A stretch of DNA of 64,000 nt, from the NCBI GenBank assembly GCA_032718475.1, contig JAUCBJ010008014.1:14318-78317 (forward strand), in the 5' to 3' direction. Below the pieces are notes generated by a model, which saw only the letters and a list, made by a program, of their open reading frames with translations, was not told the origin of the DNA and searched no databases. The DNA is from Nemertoderma westbladi. Taxonomy: Eukaryota > Animalia > Xenacoelomorpha. Positions 50,901 to 60,769 of this stretch are shown here, piece by piece. Each line of letters opens with the position of its first letter. The first letter of the stretch is position 1. The translations under genes and the position numbers were made by a program.

Positions 50901-52774
50901 GTTCTAATCAGAAAACTTTAGATGAAGTTGTCATGATTTCATAATTTGAATATTTACTGGTGGATAAATATTTATCTTCAAATTTCCATATTTATAACAA
51001 AGCTAGGGTATTTTTTAATTGCCCATCTAATGTGGTAGCCATGGAAACACGTATTGCGAGCGTTCTAGAATTATTGCTGTTTCACGCCTGCTTTTAGTTC
51101 CACCTTTCGCACTCTCCGCCTTAATATTCATGCAATCTGCGTCTCTAGTCTCACCCCTTCCTTAAATCTCCTCACTTTTACGATAAATATCGTAATCCTC
51201 ACTGTTCGGCTACAGTAGAGAGTAAACTAAAGTTATCAACGGATGTGACAGGAGAGGGAGGAAGTGTTCCTTATCTGGGGCTCGAACTCACGGCATTCCG
51301 ATTGGAAGACAGGCGCTCTAACCAACATGGCAACTTGTACAGTAGGATTACTACATTAAGGTCTTATTTACTGAATTGTTTTTTCTATTGTTTTTGGCGA
51401 TTTGAAACATTTAGTTTAATTATAAATATATTGTAAATGTTTGATACTAAATTTAAAGACTAACTGAGCATTTAGGGTTCGGGCTTAATGGTAGGCCTCC
51501 TCATAGCTTAACTGCCATTTTCTATTTAAACTAACTTATCTTGAATAATTTTCGCTAAATTATTATCATTATATGGACTTCACTGAAACAATAAACGGTG
51601 TTACACTGTCTAATAGAATCCGCATCTAAACTCGAAAAACTACTCTGCCGTCGTTATATTCCCCACGGTGTTTGTATTCTTGGAAAACAATTAATCTTTT
51701 AGATGAGTTACTAAGAGCCCACCGAAAGAATTCGAAATCTGGCGATAAAGTTATCGATATAGAAATCATTGAGCCAATTAAAGTAGAAGAACCTCGGAGA
51801 AATCACTCGGATAGGGTTGTGGAAAATATAGATGATTCTGTATTCGGTATGTCGCGTGACCTACCTGTATGTAGGCCAACATTACTGAACCGATATTAGG
51901 TGAACACAGTAATAGGTGTAGGAAGTTAACCTACAAATTGACCCTGGAATTAGTGTAAGATACTATTATTTGGTTGGTTGGTTAGTTGTACATACATATA
52001 TTGTGGTAGAAACAACATTTATACAGTCTGCGATATTGTGTACACTAAACAGATTGTTATTTTTGTATTGTCTTGTTATTTTCAGTTGCTGAGCAACAAC
52101 CACCGTCACAAATTCCCGAGAACATAGTTATTCCCGTGTCTGAGAATCCGGTATTGAAAGAAACTGAGAAACAAAACGTTGAACCATCCCGAGAAGTGGA
52201 CCAAGCAAGTCAATCTGTCGACCAATCAGATGTGGATGACAAGCCTCTAGTCTCTGATAACCAATCAGAGAACGGACCACAACCTAGTGTATCTGATAAC
52301 CAATCAGAGAACGGACCGCAACCTAGTGTATCTGACAACCAATCAGAGAACGGACCACAACCTAGTGTATCTGATAACCAATCAGAGAACGGACCGCAAC
52401 CTAGTGTATCTGACAACCAATCAGAGAACGGACCACAACCTAGTGTATCTGATAACCAATCAGAGAACGGACCACAACCTAGTGTATCTGATAACCAATC
52501 AGAGAACGGACCACAACCTAGTGTATCTGATAACCAATCAGAGAACGGACAACCGCCGAGAATGTCTTCAGACCAATCAGATACACGACACTCACCAACA
52601 CCGCCTGTGACTGATCATACTGAACCAACAGTGCAGTCAGCAGACGAAGTAGCCAAACCTTCGCAGAAACCGCCTGCAGACTATATGAGATCGGATAGCG
52701 TCGGAGGCGAATTGCGTCGGAAATTAGCTCCGATTCGGAAGTACGTCGATGGCTTTATTGTTGATAATAAATGA
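12857..52774 (+). CDS. Adhesion GPCR (GAIN/GPS + secretin-family 7TM; ADGRD1/GPR133-like), 5'-partial, multi-exon
   Basis: Phase-consistent AG/GT exon chain: 12857-13041, 13608-13714, 21305-21462, 25772-25878, 30841-30946, 39356-39597, 41708-41860, 43602-43728, 45166-45282, 47174-47441, 51703-51846, 52086-52774. Motifs: HLTNFAVLM, CTAVAVLLHYFFLSVFTWMLNEG, IGWGAP, CWL, QGVFIFIFHC. Confidence 0.92.
13608..13714 (+). CDS. aGPCR exon, GAIN subdomain B
   Basis: tttag|(S)NETVATKVISLTIDPPPNTPLEDPISYRLELLTPK|gtaagt; typical VIS..L..PI GAIN pattern. Confidence 0.85.
14310..21230. repeat. 62-bp minisatellite, about 111 apparently identical copies
   Basis: Unit gacctcccgaccactcccaccgttgaactgatgtatcctattggtagtggccgatatattcg; no variants seen by eye. 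Confidence 0.98.
21305..21462 (+). CDS. aGPCR exon, GPS motif and Stachel
   Basis: ttttag|(E)SDQTPMCVYWDPSNSSWSPKGLQLLSNTTELVDCQSDHLTNFAVLMVPVAYE|gtaagt. Confidence 0.95.
21986..22771 (-). CDS. Intronless permuted NlpC/P60 (LRAT/PLAAT- or PPPDE-like) protein with two C-terminal TM segments, nested antisense in an aGPCR intron
   Basis: 261-aa ORF; THWALII (catalytic His strand) lies N-terminal to YRLINRNCQEWV (NC nucleophile motif); two hydrophobic stretches near the C-terminus. Confidence 0.8.
   Translation of the reverse strand: MANAEVETQIVVEKLSDQMQIKSFYITGKVLDATIKSTRSSRPSKPADQLNAQLMKEPTPLTHWALIIYCHDSKEVIRAELGKSGFRIKAFWNELGQGTDKIPDDAIKIVEIKVTLDQVRDAVMNNDVNGRLYRLINRNCQEWVMEVATCLGFAEAVENAGVTTIGTKLTPKQRTVLTIMVIIFIIHLMSSVGFIIGSVYDTTNNYLFPMGIGTMSVSGVGMIIICMGTFFNIYSKNRDRNISKERLAKNRIKENYNTIDV
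23734..24385 (-). mobile_element. 3' fragment of a CR1/L2-group LINE
   Basis: FTTPLFNLSSSQRSLSFRGPVIWNSVPLDIRSKKSKNKFSSALK resembles a CR1/L2 ORF2 C-terminus; followed by a 3'UTR and an (AAT)-rich tail at about 23734-23775. Confidence 0.65.
24481..25196 (+). mobile_element. 5'-truncated RTE-clade LINE (RT C-terminus)
   Basis: LEHVDDFCYLGSWI...KAWAALNRLSRIWKS...KVRLFRAAVVPVLLYGSPCWALT...RLRFAGHC...RELWR; (TAG)n tail; gtggtccataaac flanks both sides. Confidence 0.92.
25239..25360 (+). repeat. Dispersed repeat also found at about 59750-59862 (minus) and partly at about 11735-11830
   Basis: Shared agggaaaggagcaggttacagtggca...aatcagctgttatttgcgtc sequence. Confidence 0.7.
25473..25578. repeat. 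29-bp tandem repeat, about 3.5 copies
   Basis: Unit aaaagtaaatcctatgaaagtagatccgg. Confidence 0.85.
25772..25878 (+). CDS. aGPCR exon, TM1
   Basis: ttttacag|LSNPHEFILRVLGLIGGSLSLIGLVLTIITYLLVW(R)|gtttgt; phase 0 in, phase 2 out. Confidence 0.92.
26279..30870 (+). repeat. 51-bp array of splice acceptor + TM2 exon start, about 90 copies
   Basis: Unit actattgtctgtttattttag|ATTACTATCGTTTGAACGTAGCTTTGTTCT; the last unit runs directly into exon 30841. Confidence 0.97.
30841..30946 (+). CDS. aGPCR exon, ICL1/TM2
   Basis: (R)LLSFERSFVLINLCFALFVAILLFLIGVEGHGFLN|gttagt. Confidence 0.92.
30973..39381 (+). repeat. 45-bp array of splice acceptor + TM3 exon start, about 185 copies
   Basis: Unit gttctactttattccttacag|GATTCTGGTTGCCCTTCTGTAACA with 47-bp variants; the last unit is the start of exon 39356. 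Confidence 0.97.
39356..39597 (+). CDS. aGPCR exon, TM3-TM4
   Basis: DSGCTAVAVLLHYFFLSVFTWMLNEGILYYLNVVVIFEREVSWKWIYLGIGWGAPLLVVGISAGASQLNGYSYERPGGDV|gtaagt. Confidence 0.96.
39676..41619 (+). repeat. 43-bp minisatellite, about 45 copies, with a pyrimidine tract and TAG|GT
   Basis: Unit gtttagtttagtttattttctactttatatacctcaaca(g/t)tag. Confidence 0.95.
41708..41860 (+). CDS. aGPCR exon, ECL2/TM5
   Basis: tttccag|(I)CWLDPSVGVLYAFIGPAVAIAVANMVVIVIVLRTMFKSSAFNKKSEIEQI(K)|gtgagt. Confidence 0.95.
41846..42842 (+). repeat. 40-bp array of TM5 exon end + splice donor (23-bp variants), about 25 copies
   Basis: Unit GATAGAACAGATCAA|gtgagttacattgaattatctcctg; the first unit begins inside the exon. 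Confidence 0.96.
43289..43458 (+). mobile_element. TIR-bounded element enclosing a tRNA-like (A/B-box) sequence
   Basis: About 37-bp inverted repeats attaagtaattaaacaggactaaggatgaaccaactc around tccgtggtgtaggtgttagca...gcgggttcgatccccgc. Confidence 0.75.
43602..43728 (+). CDS. aGPCR exon, TM6-TM7 start
   Basis: tgtag|(K)GGVWSLCVIVPVFGVSWVIGVFAVTEEAVVLQYLFNILISTQ|gttagt. Confidence 0.95.
43846..44329. mobile_element. About 480-bp palindromic foldback with an outward-facing tRNA-like module in each arm
   Basis: Arms about 43846-44070 and 44110-44329 are near reverse complements; each contains gagccgttagctgaatggtta...gttcgatcccacctggacgtca. Confidence 0.85.
44916..45090. repeat. 33-bp tandem repeat, about 5 copies
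   Basis: Unit actaactcgactattctcgaactaactcacgtc. Confidence 0.85.
45166..45282 (+). CDS. aGPCR exon, TM7/helix 8
   Basis: tttcag|GVFIFIFHCLMAKPVRDALRRKGYLAKGIRGPRSGTSSA|gtaagt. Confidence 0.95.
45248..46700 (+). repeat. 49-bp array of TM7 exon end + splice donor, about 30 copies
   Basis: Unit GGATTAGAGGCAACAGATCTGGTACAAGCAGTGCG|gtaagtaatagaaa; the first unit is the true exon end. Confidence 0.96.
47174..47441 (+). CDS. aGPCR C-tail exon
   Basis: aatag|ADPPTLSTTARKSSAF...IDELADSS then CAG|gtagaa (phase 1); alternatively it reads through to a stop at 47485. Confidence 0.7.
48521..50304. mobile_element. Non-autonomous CACTA/CMC-like DNA transposon
   Basis: TIRs cactgaaaaaacacaacc and ggttatgttttttcagtg, TA on both flanks, many aaaccgcggtt-like subterminal repeats at both ends; no transposase seen. 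Confidence 0.8.
49498..49830 (+). CDS. PWWP-domain protein (HDGF/LEDGF-like) inside the transposon
   Basis: VGECVWAKLSKKDIFWPSKV...WVYFFGTHNYGWV...IIAY...KGKKFEQGVLEL fits the PWWP pattern. Confidence 0.75.
   Translation: MSGDEGESSGIDTGSLIEAKKVGECVWAKLSKKDIFWPSKVCEPYGKPRSIHRPHWVYFFGTHNYGWVSSGLIIAYEADNNPDKERKNKGKKFEQGVLELELERVGPQES
51192..51351 (-). mobile_element. tRNA-like sequence within short inverted repeats
   Basis: Minus strand ttggttagagcgcctg...gtgagttcgagcccc; flanked by gtaatcctcactgt and acagtaggattac. Confidence 0.55.
51703..51846 (+). CDS. Probable aGPCR C-tail exon
   Basis: ttttag|(D)ELLRAHRKNSKSGDKVIDIEIIEPIKVEEPRRNHSDRVVENIDDSVF|gtatgt; phase 1 at both ends. Confidence 0.6.
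52086..52774 (+). CDS. Probable terminal aGPCR exon with a 13-aa (39-bp) coding repeat
   Basis: ttttcag| phase 1; (PSVSDNQSENGPQ) about 8 times at about 52245-52555; possible extra donor gtacgt at 52741. Confidence 0.6.
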
Positions 52775-53734
52775 ACCGCACAAGTTTAATTACTTCACTT
52801 TTGCTTGCTTAATCTTGTATTTATTCCAGAATTTAATTATCATATCTCCAGCTATAAAGGTGCCATATTAATTATATATTAATTAAAATTGTTTAATAAT
52901 TTGTTGAGTGAAAGATTTATATATATTATATAAATTCCGATAGTTATTTTTCTGAAATTTATGTTGCTAATTTAATTATTCGGCATTTATTGTAGACGGA
53001 TAATTTCATTAATTATTCTTAAAGTTGCATAATATTCGGTTAATATGTTTCTGCTTTTTTCACTAATAATTCTGTCTCCGTGGCATTATGACGGATTCTC
53101 ACATAACATTTTATTTAAATTGAGTTACTTTTAGTATGAAGGTCAACAGTGGTTATTAAAGTGCGGCATTTATTAAATTTATTAAATTTTGTGTAAATAA
53201 TGTTACAGAAGATCATATCGTTGTATATACATAATTTTTTCACATTTTTATTATTATTGAGTACAATATGATATAAATTTGGTCCGATCACATTTATGTC
53301 TCAAATTCACTAGTCAATCCTTTATTATTATTTCCTTTTCACCTTTTACTATGTCAGTATGTTGTTCTCTCTGTATATTATGTTTAATTTAAACAATATA
53401 GGACGACATTCGCGTTTCCATTGTAATGTTGAAATGTTATTTTTTCGCTGAAATAATTGTGACTTCGTACTTGTAAGATTAAGAAGAAACAGAAAAACGC
53501 TAAGAATGTATTTTTATGTATGACGATATTGCACTGAGACATATAATAAATATATATTAAAAGGTATTCAAATATATTTAAATCGCAAGCCAATAATTAA
53601 TTTTAATGCCTTTTATTTAATTTTCAGTTATTATATAATGTTTCCAAATCTTCCTGGCGCAATTATATTTATCATGAAATAGTTGAGAAATAAAAACTGG
53701 AAAATTAAAAGAGCCCTCAAATCCATGGAAACAA

Positions 53735-53975
53735 CTACTACGATCGGCATGCTGCATTGCAGCTGCATTTTTAAGAATGCTGTGCCGGCTTATCGACAAA
53801 ATTGCACCGCCACAACTCCCTATCACCCATGACATTTGCTAGATCATCCGCATCTTCAAGGCCAGTGTCCTTTAAGATGCGTCTCAAGAAAGTCATGGGC
53901 TGTCCACCATGCTTATTCACTCCATGAGGCTACCAAAGTACAAGATTATGCACTGGCTGGTCCTCACGGCAACCT
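53735..53975 (-). mobile_element. Short 3' fragment of the same RTE family, with an 11-bp TSD
   Basis: Near-identical to 24960-25190 in reverse; catggaaacaa at 53724-53734 and 53976-53986. Confidence 0.9.
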
Positions 53976-54454
53976 CATGGAAACAAGGTCGATCACTAAA
54001 CAATTTTTACCCAAATTCTATTTACACAATCACAGTCTTTAATACTGGGGGTCTAACAGACTGTTTAGTAGGAAACCACGGAGGGTGAGAAGTCTTCACG
54101 AGCGGTATAGATAGTTTCTTAAATTACAATTCTCACTGACGATATCATGCTCATCAGATTTGTCGTTTTGAAAAACTTTTTTTCATAACAAAATTACCCC
54201 CTTCATATCTACAACTTTACTGATAGTTTTAAATAGAAAATAAATAAAAAATTCCAAATTTAGTCTATAATGTGAAAACTATAACCAAACATAAATGTTT
54301 TATATAATATTTGTACCTTCCATACCTTGTAACAATTGGGCATCCGACCTGCAGGGACATACATATTATACCTTATACGTTATGGAACCTTGCCTACTAC
54401 GGATGGGTCAATCTTCGCCAGCGTCCAACCTTTGCCCGATTGGGGGAAAGGAGC

Positions 54455-54540
54455 AGGTTACAGACACGATGGGTTACAGACACGATGGGTTACAGACACG
54501 ATGGGTTACAGACACGATGCCGCGATGGGTTACAGAGACG
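54455..54540. repeat. 16-bp tandem repeat, about 5 copies
   Basis: Unit ggttacagacacgatg, following gggaaaggagca. Confidence 0.8.
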
Positions 54541-54784
54541 AATTTTTCTAACCAAAATAATAAACGAGGTTGTTAAACACTCATTTTGAGGGCGAAGTTT
54601 GCTGCGTCCCCCAATTTTGTTATGATTTTCTTGGTCTTTGAGAGGCTTCGAAGATTTGAAGTCATTGGTGATAGGGAGTTGTGTTACGTAATTTGTTCGG
54701 TACAGTAAGCCAGCATAGCATTCCTAATGCAGCTACAATGCAGCATGCCGATTATATATTTTTTTTGGAAAGTTGTCATGGTAT

Positions 54785-56432
54785 GTGTTGCGCCACCTTG
54801 CTACCACAACCGAATTTCATTATTACTCATATCACTAACTATAACTATTGCATTACCTTATATCAGTAAGTCAATAATTCTTGGCAATAACTCCCACTTA
54901 GTAAATACCCTTCATAGCTATACGAGTAGATAACATCATTAATCTATTCGGCTCTGTTTAACTCACGTCCCCCACACTGTCGTATCGTGCCCTCAACCTA
55001 TAACCCGGATATTGTTTGTATTATGAGATTTAGTTCAGCTATTTATGTCTCGCTAACTTCCGCGTTTAAGATAGCAATAACGCCGAGATCATACCATGAA
55101 GAAGTTTTAAGGATTAGGGGGACTATCGACGCACTCAAAATGGAATCCTCTTTAGGTAAATAGTGATGCTCAAATGGCTGTTTGAGTTATTACGAAGAAA
55201 AATTAGGCGTACCACTGTGCCACTGTGCCATGCCAGTGTAAGCTGCTCCTTCCTCTTAATGACATTTGTAACATTGTTTCTTATTATATTATTATATTAT
55301 ACTGTAATTCATAAATTCCCCCCCCCCTTCCCCCCCCCCCCCCCCCCCCCAATATGTCTCGTTATATTTTGTATTCTGGACCAAAGGTTTGAATTTCTAT
55401 TTTCACCTAAATGAGAAACTCTCTCTACGTGGGCAGGTCTTGTGGGGTCTCAGGAATTCTTAGCCCTCGAGTATTCTTAGCCCGTGGGTATTCTTAGCCC
55501 GCAAAACAATAACGTTTATTGTTTTGGTTCCCCCAATACGCCAAACCCGCTCCTTTGCTAACTCGCGGGCTAAGAATACCCCGGGCTAAGAATTCACCCA
55601 ACCCACGGGACTCAAGCAGAAATGATAGTAAACATCCAAACGGCCTCACACTGATAAACTGGTCGTTGGGAAAACAGCTTGTTTTGGATTTTATCTGCGT
55701 ACATTGACGGTTTGCCTCTTAGTAGTGTGGCACAGACCGAAGGGTCTCCAGTTGCCGAATTGGCTGAAACAAAGAAGTTTGAGCGAAGTCCTTGTTCATA
55801 GTGCCGCAGTACAAAACTTATGAGGACGCGGTCCAGTTCATGTTAAATGTATACGGGACCTTGGCCTTGGCGGCCTATATAATACTGCAGTTAAGGGTCA
55901 CACTAGGGCGACCTCTTGAGACAAATAATCTGTCTCGGGGATTTTGGCCTAATCCATGAGTCAATAAACTTTGTTCCACTAGAGCCCTACAAAGATCTGA
56001 ATTATTTGCCCGCCCCCGGCCGTTAATCCAGACATCTTATCCTTAGGGCATAGTAATCGCTCAAACATCGGTTTATGGGTTACGATTTTCGTATTAAAAT
56101 TCGTAGTTTGATATTACAATATTGGATTAATTGTTTTACATTATGGATAGTGTTGCGCCACCTTGCTACCACAACCGAATTTCATTATTACTCATATCAC
56201 TAACTATAACTATTGCATTACCTTTTATCAGTAAGTCAATACTTGGCAATAACTCCAACTTGGTAAATACCCTTCATAGCTATATGAGTAGATAACATCA
56301 TTAATCTATTCGGCTCTGTTTAACTCACGTCCCCCACACTGTCGTATCGTACCGTCAACCTATAACCCGGATATTGTTTGTATTATGAGATTTACTTCAG
56401 CCATTTTTGTATCTCTATAACTTCCGCGTTTA
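54785..56432 (+). repeat. About 285-bp direct duplication (54785-55070 and 56150-56432)
   Basis: Both copies start tgttgcgccaccttgctaccacaaccgaatttc and end ttccgcgttta. Confidence 0.9.
55442..55606. mobile_element. Small MITE-like inverted-repeat element
   Basis: attcttagccc x3 on the left versus gggctaagaat x2 on the right. Confidence 0.6.
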
Positions 56433-59400
56433 ATTCTTGGCATTATTACCTCAGTAATTTATTACTATGAAGTCAAGTTTACATTGATAGTCACGAAAGA
56501 TAAATAAGTGGTGTGTTTGTGATGTAATTACTAAGAAACCGGCTTGGTGTGTGGAGGTAATGTTGGCAGATACAAGGGGAATTTGTTCGCAATATGTACG
56601 CGAGCGTTGCGTGTTGGTAAAGTACCCGAGCCCTAACCTATGTTATAGGCCAGATATTATGATCCAACACTTTGGAGAGGAGCATGAACAAAAAAACGCC
56701 ATCATGAACACATGAATAGGCAGTACGCGGTCAACATAAACTGAAATATTCAATGGTCGGGCAGGTGGACGAAATTCATGCGTCAGACACTGTAGAAGCA
56801 GGAAATCAGCTTGTAAGATATACTGAAGCTATTTAGAACCTTAGGATTATTTACAGCGTAAATAAAAGTAACATCAGGGATCCTGTAGAGACTGAACATA
56901 AGAACTATCTGTAATGGAAGTCGGGTAATTGACAGTCATTTTTGTAGGCGTCATCATTACGGCGTTCGAATCTTTGTCCATCATATTACAAGCCTATATA
57001 AAATTCATTTGTTTCTTTTAACTATATTAATTATCTTAATCATCGTTTTTAATTAATTTCCTCTTCATGATGTATATTGATAATTAATGGAATCTCATGA
57101 CTGTCATCATCACAATCACCTTACTTATCGTCATCATCATTTGCCGTAGCAACTTGATTGAAACAAACTAGTTATACCTGAGTGACAGCGCAGGAACAAC
57201 CACCACAAACACCACACTACGCGATGCAATAGTAACAACAATCCATACTGATCGTTATGTAGACTGTAGAGTATCAGTAATCAGAATCACGAGTTTTATT
57301 TTTTTTACCAAAAAAAGCAACACTAGGTATTATACCTAGGCTTATATTTTAAATTGTAGACTTAGACCGAATTAAATTAAAGGAATTAATAAATGATGCC
57401 TCAAAATCACAGGGAACCTTGTTTCTTAGAAGAAGCTTCCTGAATGTTGGAGTTGGTGCGTTAATTTTTTAATAATAAAAAGACCGATCTCCTGCAGGGA
57501 ACACTTATTCCGATCAGCATATGATTGATAGAAATAATACTAATATGGTCGTTTATACCGTCCGGGGTATAGAGCCCCCAGCCAACCAGCCAACCAGCCA
57601 ACATGGCTTATCGGACGCTTCTAGATATAAACAAAGTTGTACATAATAACGGATTTTACAAATAACATGGATTTTCATGTATTTGTGGGACATGTTTATT
57701 AAATAATTGGTTGTGGTCATGGATAGGAGTTCGGCGGAAGCTATCCGCAAAGAGAAATCATTGTCTGCAACTGCCACGATCTGGCTGTCTATGATGAATG
57801 ATTCAGCCCAATTGAATAGTTTCTTAAAGGTTGAACTTATCCGTGCACCAATGCTACTATATACTGCTATATGGCATGCCTTCCTGGGCTCTTACTGTCG
57901 AGGTGTCCAGACCTCTGGATTTTAATTGTACGAGAATGTTACGCATGGTGCACAATGTTTGATGGCACGCACATAAGCCATGATGTTCTATATAATTTTG
58001 ATGCGACATCATTGTACCCACCAGCTCAATACCCCGAATCCCGCAGTCGCTTAAATCTGACCGTCCATAGCTATCGCCGGCAGCCTGTTTGCGACCTTTT
58101 CTCTGTTATCCAACTGTTCTAAACAAACATGGCGATCAGTCAATAAATTTACTTCGCCTACATTATTTTGTTAATCAACAAAATAATACACACTGTCCAA
58201 CGCCGAACTGAGAAGGTACATGACTGACCGAGTGTTTCGGGGGCATCTTTGATTCTGAGTTTCTGCACTGCACCATAGTGCACGATTAAGGTAATCGGCT
58301 TGCACTAAGGTGTACTGCTGGCAGACCCAGCAACAAGAGCACTCAGCCGATATATATACTTTCCTAGTTCATCCCTATATGCAAGCATTTCCATCTTTCC
58401 GCTCTGGCCACAGTATTATTTGTCTTCAAATCATTATGTAATCGTTATTTGTTTGTTATCTGTAACTCATAAATATAATTATTTTAATGGAAAATAAGAA
58501 TTGAATTGAATCGGATCGGATCTAATTTGAGGAGCAGGCTGTCCATCGCGTTTCTTCCCACCAGCAGCAGGCTGTTACACCAGAGCACAGCACAAGCGTC
58601 TAGCAACATAGTGCATACCGATCATGTATGTATACCTGTATATTCAACCTGGTTTTATTTCCGAACAATATGTCCGAACAACTTGAAGTTCAGGTAAAGA
58701 ATTTAGAAAAATGCCTGACTTTACTGTATTATATGTCACTTTTTGATAATAGATAGTTTTTATGTAATTCATATTCATATGCGATTCAGTGAGATTAATC
58801 TATTATTGTTATTAGGTCTGATTGCACGTTGCAAACATTTTATGTGCCACCTAGCGTCCAAATATGTTGAGTAATATCGTTGTAACCAGGAACTAATATT
58901 ATGATTGCCAAAATTCTTAATTGACATGTGATAAAAAAAATGTTGTTTGAATAATTGCGATGTACAAACCCTTTTCTGAGACGAATACATTGTTTAATAA
59001 CGCAAAGACTCTGTAATCAGCGTTCATGGTACTTACGATTGACTTGCTTGCACTCATCTCAATATTTACCCAGGGGTATTTGCCAACTTTATGTGGCCTT
59101 TCTTTGTACTTTACCCCTGAGTGTTATGACAGCGGTAAGATATCTTGTATTGTGTCTGTGGTTAATGTTAGGCCCGAAGTAGTCCACATCCTAATTGCCA
59201 ATATATTATTAATACAAACGCGGAAATAAATTATATTGGTTTCACGTTTTGGGTTGGATTTTTGTCGATTTGGTTACTGAATATGAATAAGGCATTATTG
59301 TGCGAATTAATATAAAAAAAGCGTCAAAAAGTTCTGTAAGTCAATTAATTATGATACATAAATTAAATAATTAACTTAATAAACAGTCGACCATCGATTG

Positions 59401-59720
59401 TCAAACATAAACTATTAATACATACTGATAATACATAACAGATAACAGGGAATGGTAATAACAAAAAAAACAAATCAACAATTAATTAATAACCGATAAT
59501 TATAGCAGTTCAGCAAAAACGTACCGGCAGCTTACAAATTATTACAATATTACTCACCCACAGACTGTCCCTTAAAAATTCAAAACAACCAAAAACTAAA
59601 TTAGAATAATTTATATTACATTATATAACAATACGATTGATTTCCGAATAAATAATAATATGCGTATTAAATGCAATAATAATGATTAGTAATGAACAAT
59701 ATACATTGATACACAATAAG

Positions 59721-59957
59721 GAGACAGGGGGGGGGGGGGGGGGGGGACTCGACGCAAATAACAGCTAATTACTCTCAAAAATAAAACTGTAACCTGTTCT
59801 ATTGTGTTTAGTTTATTGTTTTGGTTAAAATAACGTGCCACTGTAACCTGCTCCTTTCCCTAATTTTAGAAGTTAACATTGAGGCGGGATATTAATTCGC
59901 CAAGTTGGGATTAGTGTCCAGTTTCCCCCCCCCCCCCCCCCCCCCCCCCCCTGTCTC
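59721..59957. mobile_element. Element with GAGACAG-polyG / polyC-CTGTCTC termini, flanked by 18-bp direct repeats
   Basis: acattgatacacaataag at 59703-59720 and 59958-59975. Confidence 0.75.
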
Positions 59958-60769
59958 ACATTGATACACAATAAGACATTGTGTGACACCTTGCCTTCGT
60001 ATACTTAGTGTACTTATAATACTTGAGTTTCTAACTTATAAAAATAATATACTTGTTGAATATTATGATACTGTTACCCAATCTGAATACGCAATGTAAA
60101 TATCCCTTACAACAATAATATTACAAAACATAATGTTGGTATTTTATTTCAAAATTGCAACATTCTTTTCTAGAAGGACGAAATTTTATTATTTATTATA
60201 TCATAAGGAATACATGATTTTATCATCTACTCACAGATTTCCATCGTACAGTACTATCTGTTTATTTTCAGCGATACTGAAACATATCGAGAAATTGCGA
60301 TTTGGATATTTGATGGGAGTACCTCTTGGTGAAATTCTAAAGGAATTGATTGACATTTTACTAAATTTTATTAAGCCAATTTGCCGTTTACCCGAGGTGG
60401 AATACCCGAGGGTCGTTATTATCTATGAATTAAAAGGCGAGCCTGGAGCAGTAAAGTTACTTCAGATATTTAGAATAAAGTAATTCATTACTTTTTACAC
60501 CTGTAATACTAGAAACTGAAAGAAGTGTTCTAATTATGGAAAATTCTGGCTATCAATAATATGCCGTAAAAAAAAACAGAAAAATAATAAAATTAACATG
60601 TAAGACGTTAAAACCGAATACAAAATTAAAATTAATATTTGGGATTACAATGGCGTCTGCTTCAAAATAACAGGAAAATAATAATATTGTATAAAAGAAA
60701 TAAATACCTTAAAAATAAAACCATGATAAGGTATGAAGCTAAAATGATAATCTGTTTATAAAACGTTTA

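Noticed and set aside
55720-55840. Possible self-cleaving ribozyme
   Set aside because: I could not assemble a complete hammerhead or HDV core by eye.
57700-58120. Possible decayed SGNH-esterase LINE ORF1 (GGYNDV) on the minus strand
   Set aside because: Multiple stops and only one short motif; needs a profile search.
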